Under the pieces are notes generated by a model that was given only the letters and a program-made list of their open reading frames with translations, did not search any database and had not been told where the DNA came from. 64,000 nucleotides of DNA. It comes from Folioceros fuciformis. Taxonomy: Eukaryota. A program made the translations under genes and the position numbers. The DNA is taken from the NCBI GenBank assembly GCA_049999805.1, contig JBNGIO010006345.1:174093-238092 (forward strand). Direction: 5' to 3'. Shown here piece after piece: positions 45,050 through 57,972 of this stretch. Every line of letters starts with the position of its first letter. The first letter of the stretch is position 1.

Positions 45050-48000
45050 CTCGCAGGGACTTTGAGTTTTGGGTGTTCCTATGGGACTTCCTGTGGAGTG
45101 AAATCTTGTATTCGGAGACACCGTGAGGTCCACATCCACCCTCTATGTCGTTGTAGTCATATGATTCGCTCCCAAGGAAATGATTTGTGCCAAGTAACAC
45201 TGACTTTTACTACTACTGACCCTTACCTAAGTCAAGGCTCATCTACTACCGTCCCTACTACATACCAGCTCCCTACCACTACCCCCATGTAGCCCAGCTA
45301 CTGCGGACCCTACTCTACGACTCTGGTCATTGGTTCCGCGACCGGTAGTGGTCTCCACAACCGTGGTGGGACCCACCCTGAACCCTAACTATTATTTTCC
45401 TGGCGTATGCGCCGCCGCGGGGTTCCACCGCGGGTTCCTGCCCCAAGGCGTCCAGACTTGCCACTCTGGTCTTATTAGAGGCTCTTCACACATGTAAATG
45501 CCAATCCTTGGGGAACAAGGCCCCACGGATCGGCCACACTTCCTCACACCCACACACACACACACCCAAGTTTCTCCACACATGCAAAATTCCGGTGCAC
45601 TCTCGCTCTTCTCAGGCCTAGTTCCAAAGGTTCCCAATCCTCCAACAATGTCCACGAATCCCCAAGAATCTCTTAGCAATCTACCACAATCTCCAACAAT
45701 CTCACACAAACGTCTAGAAATCCCCCAAAAAATCTTCCAGAAATCCGTCCCTGTCATGCTGTTGCTGTATGGGAAACAGAGCACCTAAGACTCTATGACT
45801 GGATACTGACTAGAGCATCCTGGGCATAAGCCCTGAATGCTGAAATGACTAGATACTGACTGGAGCATCTCGGGCATAAGCCCTGATGCTGAAGTGCTTG
45901 ATGATGTCATGTACATGGCCCATGGATGGCCTGCACATGACATGTATGCCATATATGCATGTGTGCCATGTATGCATGCATATGGAGATGAAGGATGACA
46001 TGTGATGTATGTGGACATGTGGCAGGTGATGTGTCATGGCGCATGCAACCTATATGCATGGTTGTGCATGAAAGGCGCGGTGCTATGCCGCATATATAGA
46101 TAGCAGATTTATATTAGAAGATATTAGAAAATACATAAAAATCATAAATCAAGGAAAGTAGGATTATAAAGTGCCCACCATCGATACGGGTGGACACTTC
46201 ATCGAGAACTCCTGGGGGTTTTTGCCTATATATGTAGGCACCCAGCCATGGATTCTCGAATTGTTGATGTTTGTCTTGTTCCAATAGACAGCCATACTTC
46301 GTCCCTGCTGTGTCTTTGTCTCCTAGAGGTTCTTGTGGTTCGTTGCATTGCCAGGTTGGGAGAATTTTCCAGCTTGATTTCACCTGTTGACGGGTCCCGG
46401 GTCTGCCTCTCTTAGGCAAACCTAGTCTCTTTTTGTAGCCTTGCTCTTGGCCATAGGCCAAGGACAAATTAAGGCTAGGATTGTTGCTCCTGGGCCGAAG
46501 GCCAAGGAGATCGCAGGCAGGCGGAAGCTTAGTGACCTAGCGTGGTAGACAGGCTAGGTAGGCATGTAGCTATGCGGCTGCTGCGCGACATCCCACTCTT
46601 TAGCAGTCTTTCACCACACGTCCCTGGTCTCTCAGCAATCTCGTACAGTTTTCCAGTCAGTTCTTCGTCTCCATCTCAGTCTTCAACCTTACACCTCGCA
46701 TCACGTTCAATGATTGGCCACATTTCTCTCCTCCTCTTTCTCTCGTCTTCTCTTCTCACTCACTCAACTCACACGCACATACACACTCTCTTGACTCACA
46801 CCTTCATCTTCACACACACGCTTTCACAATCAGAGTTCGAAACACAGCGGTTAACTTGGGGAATAGCGGAGGCGGAACCTCCCGTGCCAGCAGGTCTTGC
46901 AGACTCGTCCCCCTCGCCACCAGCTGCAAAGCAATGCTCTCGACTACTCCTAGGAGCTTCTCACACACACTCCCCACCTTGAAAACACGGGGATCTCAAC
47001 CAAGAGGTGGTCTTACACACACTCGAATTTCGGACACGACGGGTAACTCGGGGAATAGGGGAGGCCAAACCTCCGGATTCGTCCCCTGTGAAGTAAAATG
47101 TTGTGTCCAAGGATACCGCGGGGCCCACACAAACCCTCTATGTCGTTGTAGCCATGGGATTCGCTCCCAAGGGAATGATTTGTGCCAAGTAACACAGGTT
47201 TCTTCTAATACTAACTCTTGCCTAGATCAAGTCTTATCTACTACCAGTTCCACTACAGACTACGCCCTACCACTACCCCTCAGTTAGCCCAACTACCGAG
47301 GGTCCTACCCTACGACTCTAGTCTTTACTCTATAACTCCGATCCCTACTTTACGACTGCGGTTACTGGTTCCGCAACCATGGTGGGTCCCACCCAAAACC
47401 CTAACAAATATTTTTCCGGCGCATGCGCCGCTGCAGGTTTCCACCATGGGTTTCTGCCCCAGGCTTCTAGACTCACAGATCTGGTGTTATTGGATGCTCC
47501 TCACACATGCGAATGCTAACCCTTGGAGAACAAGACCCCGCGGATCAGCCACACTCCACCACACACACACGCAACACTCCCACACATGTAAAACACACCA
47601 AAGCTCTAGTGTACACTTATTTCTCACCGGCCTGTCTTCAAGTGTCTTCAATCTCTCAACAACGTCCACAAATCTCTAGCGATTCCTCAGCAATCCCTCA
47701 CAACTCCCCACAAACTCAACAATCCCCAATAGTCTTCCACAAACGTCCAGAAATCCCTATGAAACCCTTTAGAAATCACATCCAAACTTCAACACTCTTT
47801 CTCAACCATCCAGCAATTTCTTGGAGATTCTCTTCAGCAACCCTGTAGCAATCTCAGCCATCTTTCGAGGTCCTCCTCGGCCCCTCATCTCACCCACTCC
47901 TTCAGTCTCCGTCTTTCTCACATACACTCACTTCTCTAATGCCAGGTTCAAAACGCAGCCGACAGATCAGGGAATAAGGGAAAGATGAGTTCTCCTTCCA

Positions 48001-48100
48001 CTCCACGCAACGGGTGGATTCGTCCCCCTCTCCTCAGCTACGGTCCACAATCAAACCTCTTCTTCCACACTCACTCCTTCACCCTACTCCTTCTTACACA
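45050..48100. repeat. Two diverged head-to-tail ~1.1-kb units of an unclassified repeat (first unit interrupted by a solo LTR)
   Basis: ccctctatgtcgttgtag.cat.gattcgctcccaagg.aatgatttgtgccaagtaacac at ~45139 and ~47134; colinear similarity continues through accctaa, ttttcc.ggcg.atgcgccg and the CA-rich tracts. Confidence 0.8.
45752..46590. mobile_element. Solo LTR (839 bp) with 4-bp target site duplication
   Basis: Termini TGTCATGC...GCGCGACA (imperfect inverted repeat); TCCC on both sides (45748-45751, 46591-46594); TATA-like cctatatat at ~46225; absent from the second repeat unit. Confidence 0.75.
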
Positions 48101-48300
48101 CTTGCACTACAAAAGGCCTTGGCAAACACGATTTTTCGGACAACATCAAGCGCGGCTGATGCGGCTTCAGCGGTCCTAGTGGTAAGTAGGCCATATCTCA
48201 TACCTGAATGTGACATCTTAGGGGCGATAGGGAGTTACAGGCTAGACAGACGAGGGGGTAGGCCCCATTCTTGGCTTTTCCCCATTGCGGGTTAGTCCCC
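48100..48300 (+). mobile_element. 3'-terminal fragment of the REL non-LTR family
   Basis: LALQKALANTIFR..VVSRPYLIPECDILGAIGSY is homologous to the ends at ~10050-10168 and ~44625-44752. Confidence 0.65.
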
Positions 48301-48869
48301 TTCTCACGGGGTAGATGGAACTTCTATGTCTTTTTTCTTTCTTTAAAGTCTTCAAGTAGGCATAGGAGACTAAGTTAAAACAATATTTGGGTCCAGATGA
48401 AGAGGGAACGAGAGAAGATGGAATAAGTTCTAAGATGAGATATTTATATCGACCCATATAGGAACCATGAAGCTTGACATAAAGATCAAGAAAGTTTAAA
48501 TCATAACATATGATCTTTCAAATAGAACCATGTCACAAGATTATCATTCCATATGAAGCTTGTGTGGATAATAACCCATTTTGGCTTATAAAAGTACTAG
48601 AGATGTCCTTAAAGTGTGATATTGATAGGCTACACATTAAGGTCTATAGATGGATGGCCAAATGTTCTAATGCGTTTGAACACTTATTTTCAGTAATATC
48701 ATCGGACTTTGATAATATTACTAGATCAAGACCTACCCCCATGGACAAGAGGAATTTGTATTGGATTTCGCTTGTTAGATGCCCAAGCCAACATTGAAAG
48801 TAACTTGTGTTCATAGTTTTGAACATTTGAAATCCTAACATGTAAAACTACCTTCTTGCTAATTATATG

Positions 48870-49185
48870 TGAGTGCATAGGTCTATCCATGCACTTGAAG
48901 CATGTGTCCCGGTCTACTAGCGCACTTGGAATGTGTGCGCGCAAGTCTATTGGTGTACTTGGAGCGTGTGTACTTCGATTGACCAGTGCATGCACTTGGA
49001 GCGTGTGTAAGCTAGTATACCAGCGCACTTGAGCATGTGTGCTTCGATTGACCAGTGCGTGCACTTGGGGTGTGTGTACGCCAGTGTACCGACACACTTG
49101 AGCATGTGTGCTTTGATTGACCAATGCATAAGCCTATTTATTGGTAGGTCTATTGGCACAGGCATGTTGAATTGCACTAATAGAC
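48870..49185. repeat. Degenerate tandem repeat array
   Basis: Recurring gcacttg(g)agc(a/g)tgtgt..cttcgattgaccagtgc motifs. Confidence 0.8.
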
Positions 49186-51625
49186 AAGCTCTATCATCCT
49201 AACTTGCATAGAACTTTTAAATGCAAGTTGATTTCTCATACCATTTTTCATCCCACAGATTTTGTGAAACCAATGTATAAAAATAAACGAGCATTATTGT
49301 AATTAACTCCAGAAAAAAATTTAGACACACCATGAACATCAACTTTCACTATGTCCAAAAAATGATCGCGGACACATTTCTCCAGCTATTAATCTACCTT
49401 TTTTCATGTTGTCCTAATACTCTTACCAAGGAAGTAGATGAAAGGAAACAAAGAGCATGATGAACATATGTTTTCAAAAGATTTCTTTTTTTGTTTTGTT
49501 TAAAGCACACCCTCGGAAAACATCATTTGAAAGGATACTAAGTTGGGATTTGCATCCAAATTTTGGCCAATAAGTCTTCAACTTATTTTTATTCGTTTAG
49601 ACTTATTTTTAATCGTGGCCTAAATGGGTGGGGAGAAGGACCTTGTCTCCTTCCAATTTTTTTGCCGGTAAATTCTATTGCTCTTCATTGGATGCATCAT
49701 TGGGCACATCTACATCGTTGTTTTGTACTTGGTTTGAGCACCTTATTTCCTCCAAGTACTTAATAGGAGGATCAACCATTGTGAGCAAAACCAATGGTTC
49801 CGTTTCCTACATGTTAACCAAAGGTTTAAAGGTACCAAGAAAGTCATAGAAATTTGTGTCGAGTATGGTCTCCATTGCTGCAAACTGGATCTTTTCATGC
49901 TAATCTTTAAGACCAAGTGCCACTCTTGTAGGCCATTCTTCATCTCCTTTTGCATGACCTGATTTTGAGCATCAATAGAAAAGAGACATGAAGTTAACAA
50001 TGAACAAGGCAACAACCCTACTACCATTTGACACATGTGCCTCCTCCATGTTTGAGAGCTTGCATGAACAACATGTCAGCTTTTTCAACACCACCAACAC
50101 ACTATGCCCTGGACTCCAACGACATTATGCTACCTTGCATTGTGCCCTTGCCCATGTCTTCTCCTGACTCTGATTTGGCTTCTACATCATTTCAATCTTC
50201 TATATTGAATATGCCACTAGGGCGATAGTGGTCTTCTCATTCACCTCTCCCCACAACTCCTCCTCATCCCACCTTGTCGAGGGGACAATTGTGATGTCTT
50301 GTGTGAGTTCCTCCCAGTGGGGAGGGGAGGCCATTACGTCTAAGTTTGGATCGTGAAGGTGTGTGGGTCTACCCGCGGAGGACTCTTTTCTACCACATTA
50401 TGAGTTTCGGGCAAGATGCGACGACGTGGGCCATGCTTGCTCTACTACAAAGACCCCTTACTTTAGTTGAATGAGGAGTTCACTTCTATTTGAAGTTGCT
50501 TGACAGTAATACTGTTGCTATTGTTACTACAAACAACATATGATATATTATTGCTATAAGAATAGAATAATAGGTAGCTATGAGAGTAGGTAGTAGAGCA
50601 AGTTAGTCCTCCTTTAAAACAATACTTATCTTAAAAAAAGAGCTTATCTTAGAGTCTTCTATTTTTACCTATACATGCATCTATACTGATTGGAAATAAT
50701 CATGAATTCTCGTTTCCAAAACTTATGCGTTCTCGTTTTCGACTCACTGGATGTATACACTATGACTTGATATGGTTGTCGTTAGGACTCTAAACGGGAA
50801 AAGTGGAGTCCGCTGTCGGGTCTCGTGTCGGAGCGCAGAAACGGTGGCGCCACATCTTGCGGGCCCAGCCGTCCTTCCTCGAGATGCGGATCCATGCAAA
50901 TGTTGCCACAGCAACAGAAGATGTAATCGAGCGCAAGCTCATTCAAATTTATGGAGGATTTGAAGCCGGTAGGTGGTGAGCGAAAAGTGCACCTGGTCTT
51001 CATTGTATGCAGAGGTAAGTTCTGTAGGTGGATCGGCGTTGCTGGAATTCTATTCCATTACAGGGGCTAATCATCCCGTCACGAAGGGCCGTTATGAATT
51101 CCGGATAGCATTCTCTTAAGAGCGAAGGATCACAGCGTTTTGTAGCAGACGCCTGCTTAGCTTACATAGCGCAATGCATTAAACACATCATGAACATTTT
51201 TGTAATTCTTGAGCGTAACAGATGAGATGTCTTTTGTCTGTGCCTGTCTAGCATTTAGCACTCGAGAATGCTCCAATTGTTTGGAGCTTGATAATTCCCA
51301 GCGCAGGCTCGAAGTGGGTACGATTGCACAAAGAAAGGGATAAAAGATTAAGGACTGCAAGCGCACAACAGAGCCGTAGTGCAGGTTGATCGGCGAGCAC
51401 GTGAAAATCGCATGGCAGACACTGCGCATGTGTGAAGATAGTTTCTATTATTTGTGTTGTGTGGCCAGGCAATGCCCAAGGTACCGTCTATCCGTCACAT
51501 ATCTCGTAGTGTGAATGAAATGCAGACATACGCTGAGCCCTGTGCATCCGTTGTGATGCCAGCAAGATCGTGGTCGCCCGTTTCCCTTAGCTGAGGAACG
51601 GACATCGATTTGTTCAGCGTTTCCA

Positions 51626-52834
51626 TGGAGGCTCCGAATTCGAAGTGGGGTGGGAAGCATTTCGTGCTGGTGCACGGAGCCGTCCACGGGGCGTGGTGCT
51701 GGTACAAAATTGTTGATATGCTGCAACAGGCGGGGCACAAAGTGTCCGCACTGGACCTGGCCAGCGCCGGAATCAACAATGTGGATCCGAACACTGACAA
51801 CCCTGGAGCAGCTGGCAACTCCTCTCCTGTCCTTCCTTCAGAATCTGCAAGACTCCGAGAAGGTGAACCCTAACCTAGCCTTCCTTGGCCTGGTAGGTGA
51901 TCCCTTGCAGATCTGCTTGCAAGGCGATCATCTCCAATGCGTTTTAAGATGTTTACAAGTGTAATCCGTCTTTCGTGCAAAATATTATGCATGCCGGTGT
52001 TATTTTGCACTTGTAGCATGCCGGTGATCTTATTGCTGCACAGCATGGGGGGCTTGAGTGGCACACTGGCTATGGAGCTGTTCCCCGACAAGATAGCAAC
52101 CGCTGTCTTTGTGGCTGCATTGATGTTCCCCGACCCTGAGAACGAGAACGAGAACGCTGGTGCAGTTGTCCAGGTATTGTATCTACATGTCCGCATTTAT
52201 CATGTGTTGAGTTAGTTTTTGTCCACCACCTTGAGCTCATTGAGTCCTGTCGCTGCACACTGCACTGGGATTGCCAATCCGAAATGGAGCTACCTAGGTG
52301 TTCCAACGTGTGTTTGCCGCACTGGTGACTTGTGGCAAGCTTCGCCTGACGTTCGGGAACGGGGCTGAGAGGCCAGCCACGATTGTGGAGGTGGGGCAGG
52401 ATCAGCAGGTCGACCTCTTCTACCACTTGTCCCCATCGCAGGTACGCGGTTCCTCACTTCGGATGTACTGATATAGTCTCACAGCGGCATCTTAACTTTG
52501 TATCCGAAGACACAGAAATGTTCTGCTGCTCTGAGGTTTGTGTGCGCAGGATGCGGCTCTGGCGAAGCTGTGCTTGAAGCCGTTTCCCTTGTGGGCCGAC
52601 ATTGGGTGGGGATTTCTGTTGCCCATCTCTCAGGAGAGATATGGGAGCGTGCCTAGAGTATACCTGGCCTGCAACGAGGACAGGGCCGTCACCCAAGATC
52701 TGGTGGATGTGATGTGTCGCGCGCTTCCACCCAAGGAACGAATTTTGCTGGAAGCTGACCACAGCGCCTTTTTCTCCGCTCCCGCCGATCTCACGGCTCA
52801 CCTGTTGCGCAGAACATCGCAAAACATCCTGTAG
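51626..52834 (+). pseudogene. Methylesterase (MES/SABP2-like alpha/beta hydrolase), apparently disrupted
   Basis: [25 protein letters not shown]; frameshift at ~51790 before [49 protein letters not shown]. No in-frame AG acceptor seen immediately before exon 2. Confidence 0.8.
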
Positions 52835-53249
52835 AGCGATGTTCGCAGGCCGTCCATTTGTGACGGAGACTTGCAGGACTATGTTCTAGACTGGCTGCCA
52901 TCCCAACCCTCAGGGCTCGGAAAATCCAAGCTGTATGGGTGGTCAACTTGGCCCCACACCTAAGGCCGTCAGTTCTCTTTCTACATCTTCGTTCATAAAT
53001 GATATTATCTTGACTCTTTTACTTCTTTATTAATTGTATATATAAATCATATTATCTATAGCTTCATGGAAACCATTCTTTTCTTTATGAGATAACATGA
53101 TTGGATCCTATTTTCTACCATCCATATATTTCGCTTATTAGAACATGAGGTTCTCTGTTATTTTTAATCTTGTGGCTCATATTTTACATATTTTTGTTAT
53201 GGATTCTGGATTTATTTTTTTATTTTATATCTATTCAACGATATTGGCA

Positions 53250-53342
53250 TAAGGTAAGCATCGACAACTCAAATGGTAGATAGACTCTTTCTTTTTCTTA
53301 ACATGATATTTTAGATATTATTGGTGGTTATTAAGCTTCAAG
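53250..53342 (+). mobile_element. Highly AT-eroded 3' fragment of the REL non-LTR family
   Basis: tggtagatagactctttct..catgatattttagatattattggtggttattaagcttcaag aligns to ~44690-44760 tggtaagtagaccctttct..catgatgttttagatgctattggtagtcattaggcttcaag. Confidence 0.7.
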
Positions 53343-54902
53343 ATTAGCCCGTAGTGTCCTTATACCCCTTTTATGGATATTTTTTTAATTAAATAAATAA
53401 AAAATAATTTATACTATTTTTTGCCTTGAATGAAAAAATCTATGTAATTGAGGCAAAGAATAAATGCATGAATATATTGATATCACAAAAAGAATTCCAT
53501 CTAAAGTTGTTACAAGATTCCCATAGTCTATCTAGGTATATGGTAAACTGAAGGATTTATATTAGAATAAATTTTTTAATCATTTACAAACAAGAGATAT
53601 ATTCCGATTATGAGAATAATATTATATCTTGAATGCCAAGTATATTGTCTATAATGGACATGTTTTTCGATGGTTATAACCTTGTGCTATAAAATAAATG
53701 TAGATTTCAAGGTATGTATTATGGAATACGATAAGGACATATAGTCCACGATTAGTTTTTTTTTTTTTTTCTAACTATATGTTTTTACATGAATATTCTA
53801 CTGCATGCATCTCCGGCATACATGTGGATTTTAGGGCTCCACATCACATTACGAGCTGCCATACAGTTAGACTTTTTTTGTGGATTTTAGGGCTCCACGT
53901 CACATTACGAGCTGCCCTACAGTTAGACTTTTTTTTCTTATGTCATTGCCACTTCGGGGGACCGATCAAGAATAATGAAGAATCTTTTATGGTCCATAAC
54001 TTTGTTTCTTCTTGGTATACTATCTTTTTTGGTCCATAGCTTTCTTCCTTATTGGGGGTCTAATATTTGCCGGGGGGGGAGATTTGCAAATGGCCTTACA
54101 ATAGTGAATAGTGTTGAATGTAGTCTCAAATTGCCTTGAAGATGTTAGCTCCAGATTGCCTGATAGCTGGTGTTGCACGTTATACGAGCAAGTAAGAGAT
54201 GCACAGGGTATTTGAGGATGGTGAGGTAGTTGCATTCTAGATTGTAGGCACCCCAAAGCCTTGCAAGCTAAGTAGAACTTGCAGATTGTTGTTGCAGCTG
54301 TGTCACACTTGCACATTGGCCCAATAGAGTACGTTGAATTGGCATATTGTTCCTATAGACTACGGTGACCAGCAAATTGTCCATGCATAGTGGGTTGCAC
54401 ACTGCATTGCAAATGGCATATGCAGAGTGCATTGTCATTGGTCCCTGCATACTATATTGCACAGTGTCCATGCAGGATTGCCATGCCGCTTGCCCCCTAG
54501 ATTGCCTTGAATATTGCAAATGGCTATGGATGTCACTCTCTCACACACCCCTAGGGTGAGCAGCTGCATAGAGGGATTGGAGAGTTTGATTACAGCTAAG
54601 ATACCATGCAATTGGGCTAGCAAATTTCCTTGCATATGCAGGGTGATGGCCGGATCGGGACGCCGTATAGGGGCCACTAACGACACGGTCATTGGGTTTA
54701 GGGTTTAAGGGCCCATTAGCTTGAAAATATGGGACCGTATATTATAAGAAGGTGTTCGTATCGTATCGATATTCCATAATGTATGTATGGGAAGTGCTGC
54801 AAAACGAGAAGGGGCACGTGCGTAGAGGAGAGGAGAGGAGAGGTGGGTGGCAAGAGAAGGGCACGTATAGCCTGGTTGCTGTAGACAGTTGCAGGGTGGA
54901 GG

Positions 54903-55007
54903 GTGGCAGAGAGGCGGTCAGGCTGTCACGTCGCCCGCCCGAGTGGCAGNNNNNNNNNNGAGTGGCAGAGAGGCGGTCAGGCTGTCACGTCGCCCGCCCG
55001 AGTGGCT
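54903..55007. repeat. 40-bp GC-rich tandem repeat flanking an assembly gap
   Basis: gtggcagagaggcggtcaggctgtcacgtcgcccgcccga on both sides of Ns at 54950-54959. Confidence 0.8.
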
Positions 55008-55013
55008 GGCATG

Positions 55014-57972
55014 GCATATTCTATGAAATACATGCGGGATTTATTACCCGATTCCCCTAAAACTCGTCAAGTTATTAATGCAAGGGTGTCTGCATATGTG
55101 GGCCCCGCCATTCATATTCCGATTTCCCGTTACCACGGGATGCACCGGCATAGGGATGCATGCTGGTGGTGGCCTTATGGTCATGTATCCATCCAAGCAT
55201 CGTATGTAGTTAAGCCTATAGATGACATAATTTTTTCACAAATGGATCACTACGCCATGAACACTATTAAGCTCTATATTCCACTTATGTTATGCACTCA
55301 AACTCGCAAGTGCCTTCTCCAACCGCTCAAACTTTGCAAGTGCCTTCACCAACTGCTCAAACTTTGCAAGTGCCTTCACCACTCACTCTGAATGTCGATC
55401 TATCAATTGTGGAACATTTCGAGTCATTCGTGTAGAAGCAATGGTTGGTCTTGATCGGCCTATTGGGTGGGAGGTACAAGAACCACCACAAGGTCCTTTC
55501 AAAGTCCTTGACTTGATATAATCTTCTGTTGTTGTCTAATGTCACCATCATTCGGTGGGATAGAGTGGAGGACTTGCTCCACGGAGATAGTATGGACCAC
55601 TCATTTTCTACCTCGTTCTAGAAAGAGACTGACAAAAAAGCAAGGGAAACTAACATTGTACGTAGACAAATCATGTGGTCTTGACTTAGGCTACTTGGTG
55701 TGCCTTTGGAGGAACAAATTTTCATAGCAATGAGCTGGTTGTACAGGCATCTTAGGGAAACACAAAGGCAAGATATTAAGACTCTCTACTATGAAGCATG
55801 GCTATCAATACCACTTTGATGTTAAGCAACTTGCTCATTGGCCTCATCTTGCAGCTCTGTTTATTGTCCATAACCAGCTGTGTTTGTTGTCCATAACCAA
55901 CACGTTGACAACTCCGGTGAAATTTGTCATGGCTCTTAGTACAATGCAAACCCATAGGCAAGGTTTGCTGCTCATTTGAGTAATGAGATACGAACATGGG
56001 TCCAACATAGACATTTTACATGAGCTACTAAAAGATAGATTTTTTTGGAGCACGTTTAGAGAGTGGATCTAAAAGCATAGGCATGTGGTTATGAACTCTG
56101 TTGTAATGACTTCCTTCAACCTCATAACATTGATAACATTGCATCAACTGGTACTACATGTGGTTATGAACTCTATTGTGATGACTTCCTTCAACCTCAT
56201 GACATTGATAACATTGCATCAACTGTTACTACAGGCTTTTACCAATATCATTCGAACCATGAGGTAAGTGTGCAGATGTGGATAGAAGCTCACAATAACA
56301 TAGTATGGTACCATTCCAAATCAGGCCCCTTTATAGTAAGGGTGCAAATAGCTTTTTAGATGTCTTTGATGCTTCAATTTGAAAATAATAGTGTGATCTC
56401 CCTTGATGCCACTTTTGGCACCAATAAGGACAAGTTCCACTTGTACACCTTGTTGGTCTTTGATAATTACTATAGTGGAGTCTCTAGTGCTTGGATTATT
56501 ACAGATAGTGGTAAACTGGAGGATATCCAGGCGTGGTCGTATGCATTTCAAATGCATACAACATCACAATCCACTATGGCAGCTCAGTGCTTTCCTTGTG
56601 GATGCTGTTGCTGTTGAAATAGGTGCTCTACGGGCCATATGGGGGGAGGCTGTGCCAAGCTTGCTATGTTTATGGCATGCTAGAAAATGTTGGCTACGTC
56701 ACCTTTTGCTTAAGGTTAGGTAGTGGAGGACAAGAGTGGCAATCTTTAATCGCCTTGGTGATATCATGTAATTTTCTCTATGTTGGCACACAGCAGCTGA
56801 GGCTAGGAAGATGCTACAACAATTATATGTGGTTTATGAAAGAGAAGCTATAGAGATCATTCAATACTTCAAGAATCAGTGGGAGGGGGTGCTACCTACG
56901 TGGCTAAAGTATTCCAGGACCATGCCACATGCTGGCTAGGACTATAATTCATCAATTGAAGCTTGGCATGGCTTCTTAAAGTCCATGTTGAGCCATGATT
57001 TTATGCGTCTACGAGGTCGACCTATGCATGCGACGTATGAATTGGTTGCTCCATACACTAACGGATATAGTATGCAAAGTGTATTGGCACAAGCACTTTA
57101 CAAAACAACATGGCTTCAAGCACCATGGAAAGCAAGAGGTGATTATCGAAAATTGAATGAGGGGCTCTCTGTCTATACCTGAGGACCATGTTACACTTCA
57201 TACTAACCATCAAGAACCAGCTCTTGTGCAAAGCTACACAGATAAAAGGCTGATATACACAGTTTATAATCCTCTAGGGGATTGGGCATGCTACAATTGT
57301 TCAAGAGGAATGCAAGGCTTTTTCTGCAAACACCAAGCAAAGGTATTACACATGAAAGGGTAATTGCATTCAACTCGAGACCTCCTTCTCACGTACGATC
57401 TTGTACAATATATAAATCCTTCTTTGCTCCAGCATGGATATGTTGAAGCTAACATTCTATTACGTCAACTACGACAAGTAGAAGCCCGATTATGTGGAGC
57501 ACAAACCTTGAATTATGTTTAGCTCAACAAAATGGACAATGGTCTTGGCGATAGTTACAGACGGAAAAAGAGCATTATTGAGCTTTCAAATAATTGGAAG
57601 CATCCGAAGAAGGTGAGGAAGGAAAAGATGTCCATAGTCCTCTTGCAAGATGAGAATGAGGTATGATCTTGGTCAACAACTAGCCTTTGTCATCTTTGAA
57701 TGGTTTTCGTAGTCTCCATATTTCGTAGTCTCCATACTTGCCATAGGCATACGTTTCGACCCCAGCATACACTGGCGTATGTGTGTTCGCTGTGCATGTA
57801 TGAGCATTAGACTATGTGCATGCCACCCTCCACCGAGGCCATGCTCCTCAACCGGCTACCGGTGTCAGAGTGGTGGACCCCACGACTGCACATATGCTTC
57901 CATTAATAACTTTGACGAGGTTTAGAGTCGCCGATTTATTAGAAATCCCGCCCAAAACCAAATAAAATATGC
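55014..57972 (+). mobile_element. Degenerate Mutator-like (MULE) DNA transposon with SWIM-finger transposase remnants and diverged TIRs
   Basis: LDATFGTNKDKFHLYTLLVFD..AWII, FLVDAVAVEIGAL..LLCLWHARKCW, SWIM-like ACYNCSRGMQGFFCKHQ, with stops and frameshifts. Inverted similarity between ~55014-55110 and ~57870-57972. Confidence 0.82.

Noticed and set aside
48106-48116. CACTACAAAA resembling a CACTA transposon terminus
   Set aside because: Explained by the codons for ALQK of the non-LTR C-terminus; no matching opposite TIR found.
49560-50460. Possible degraded coding or transposase sequence
   Set aside because: No diagnostic motif could be read in any frame.
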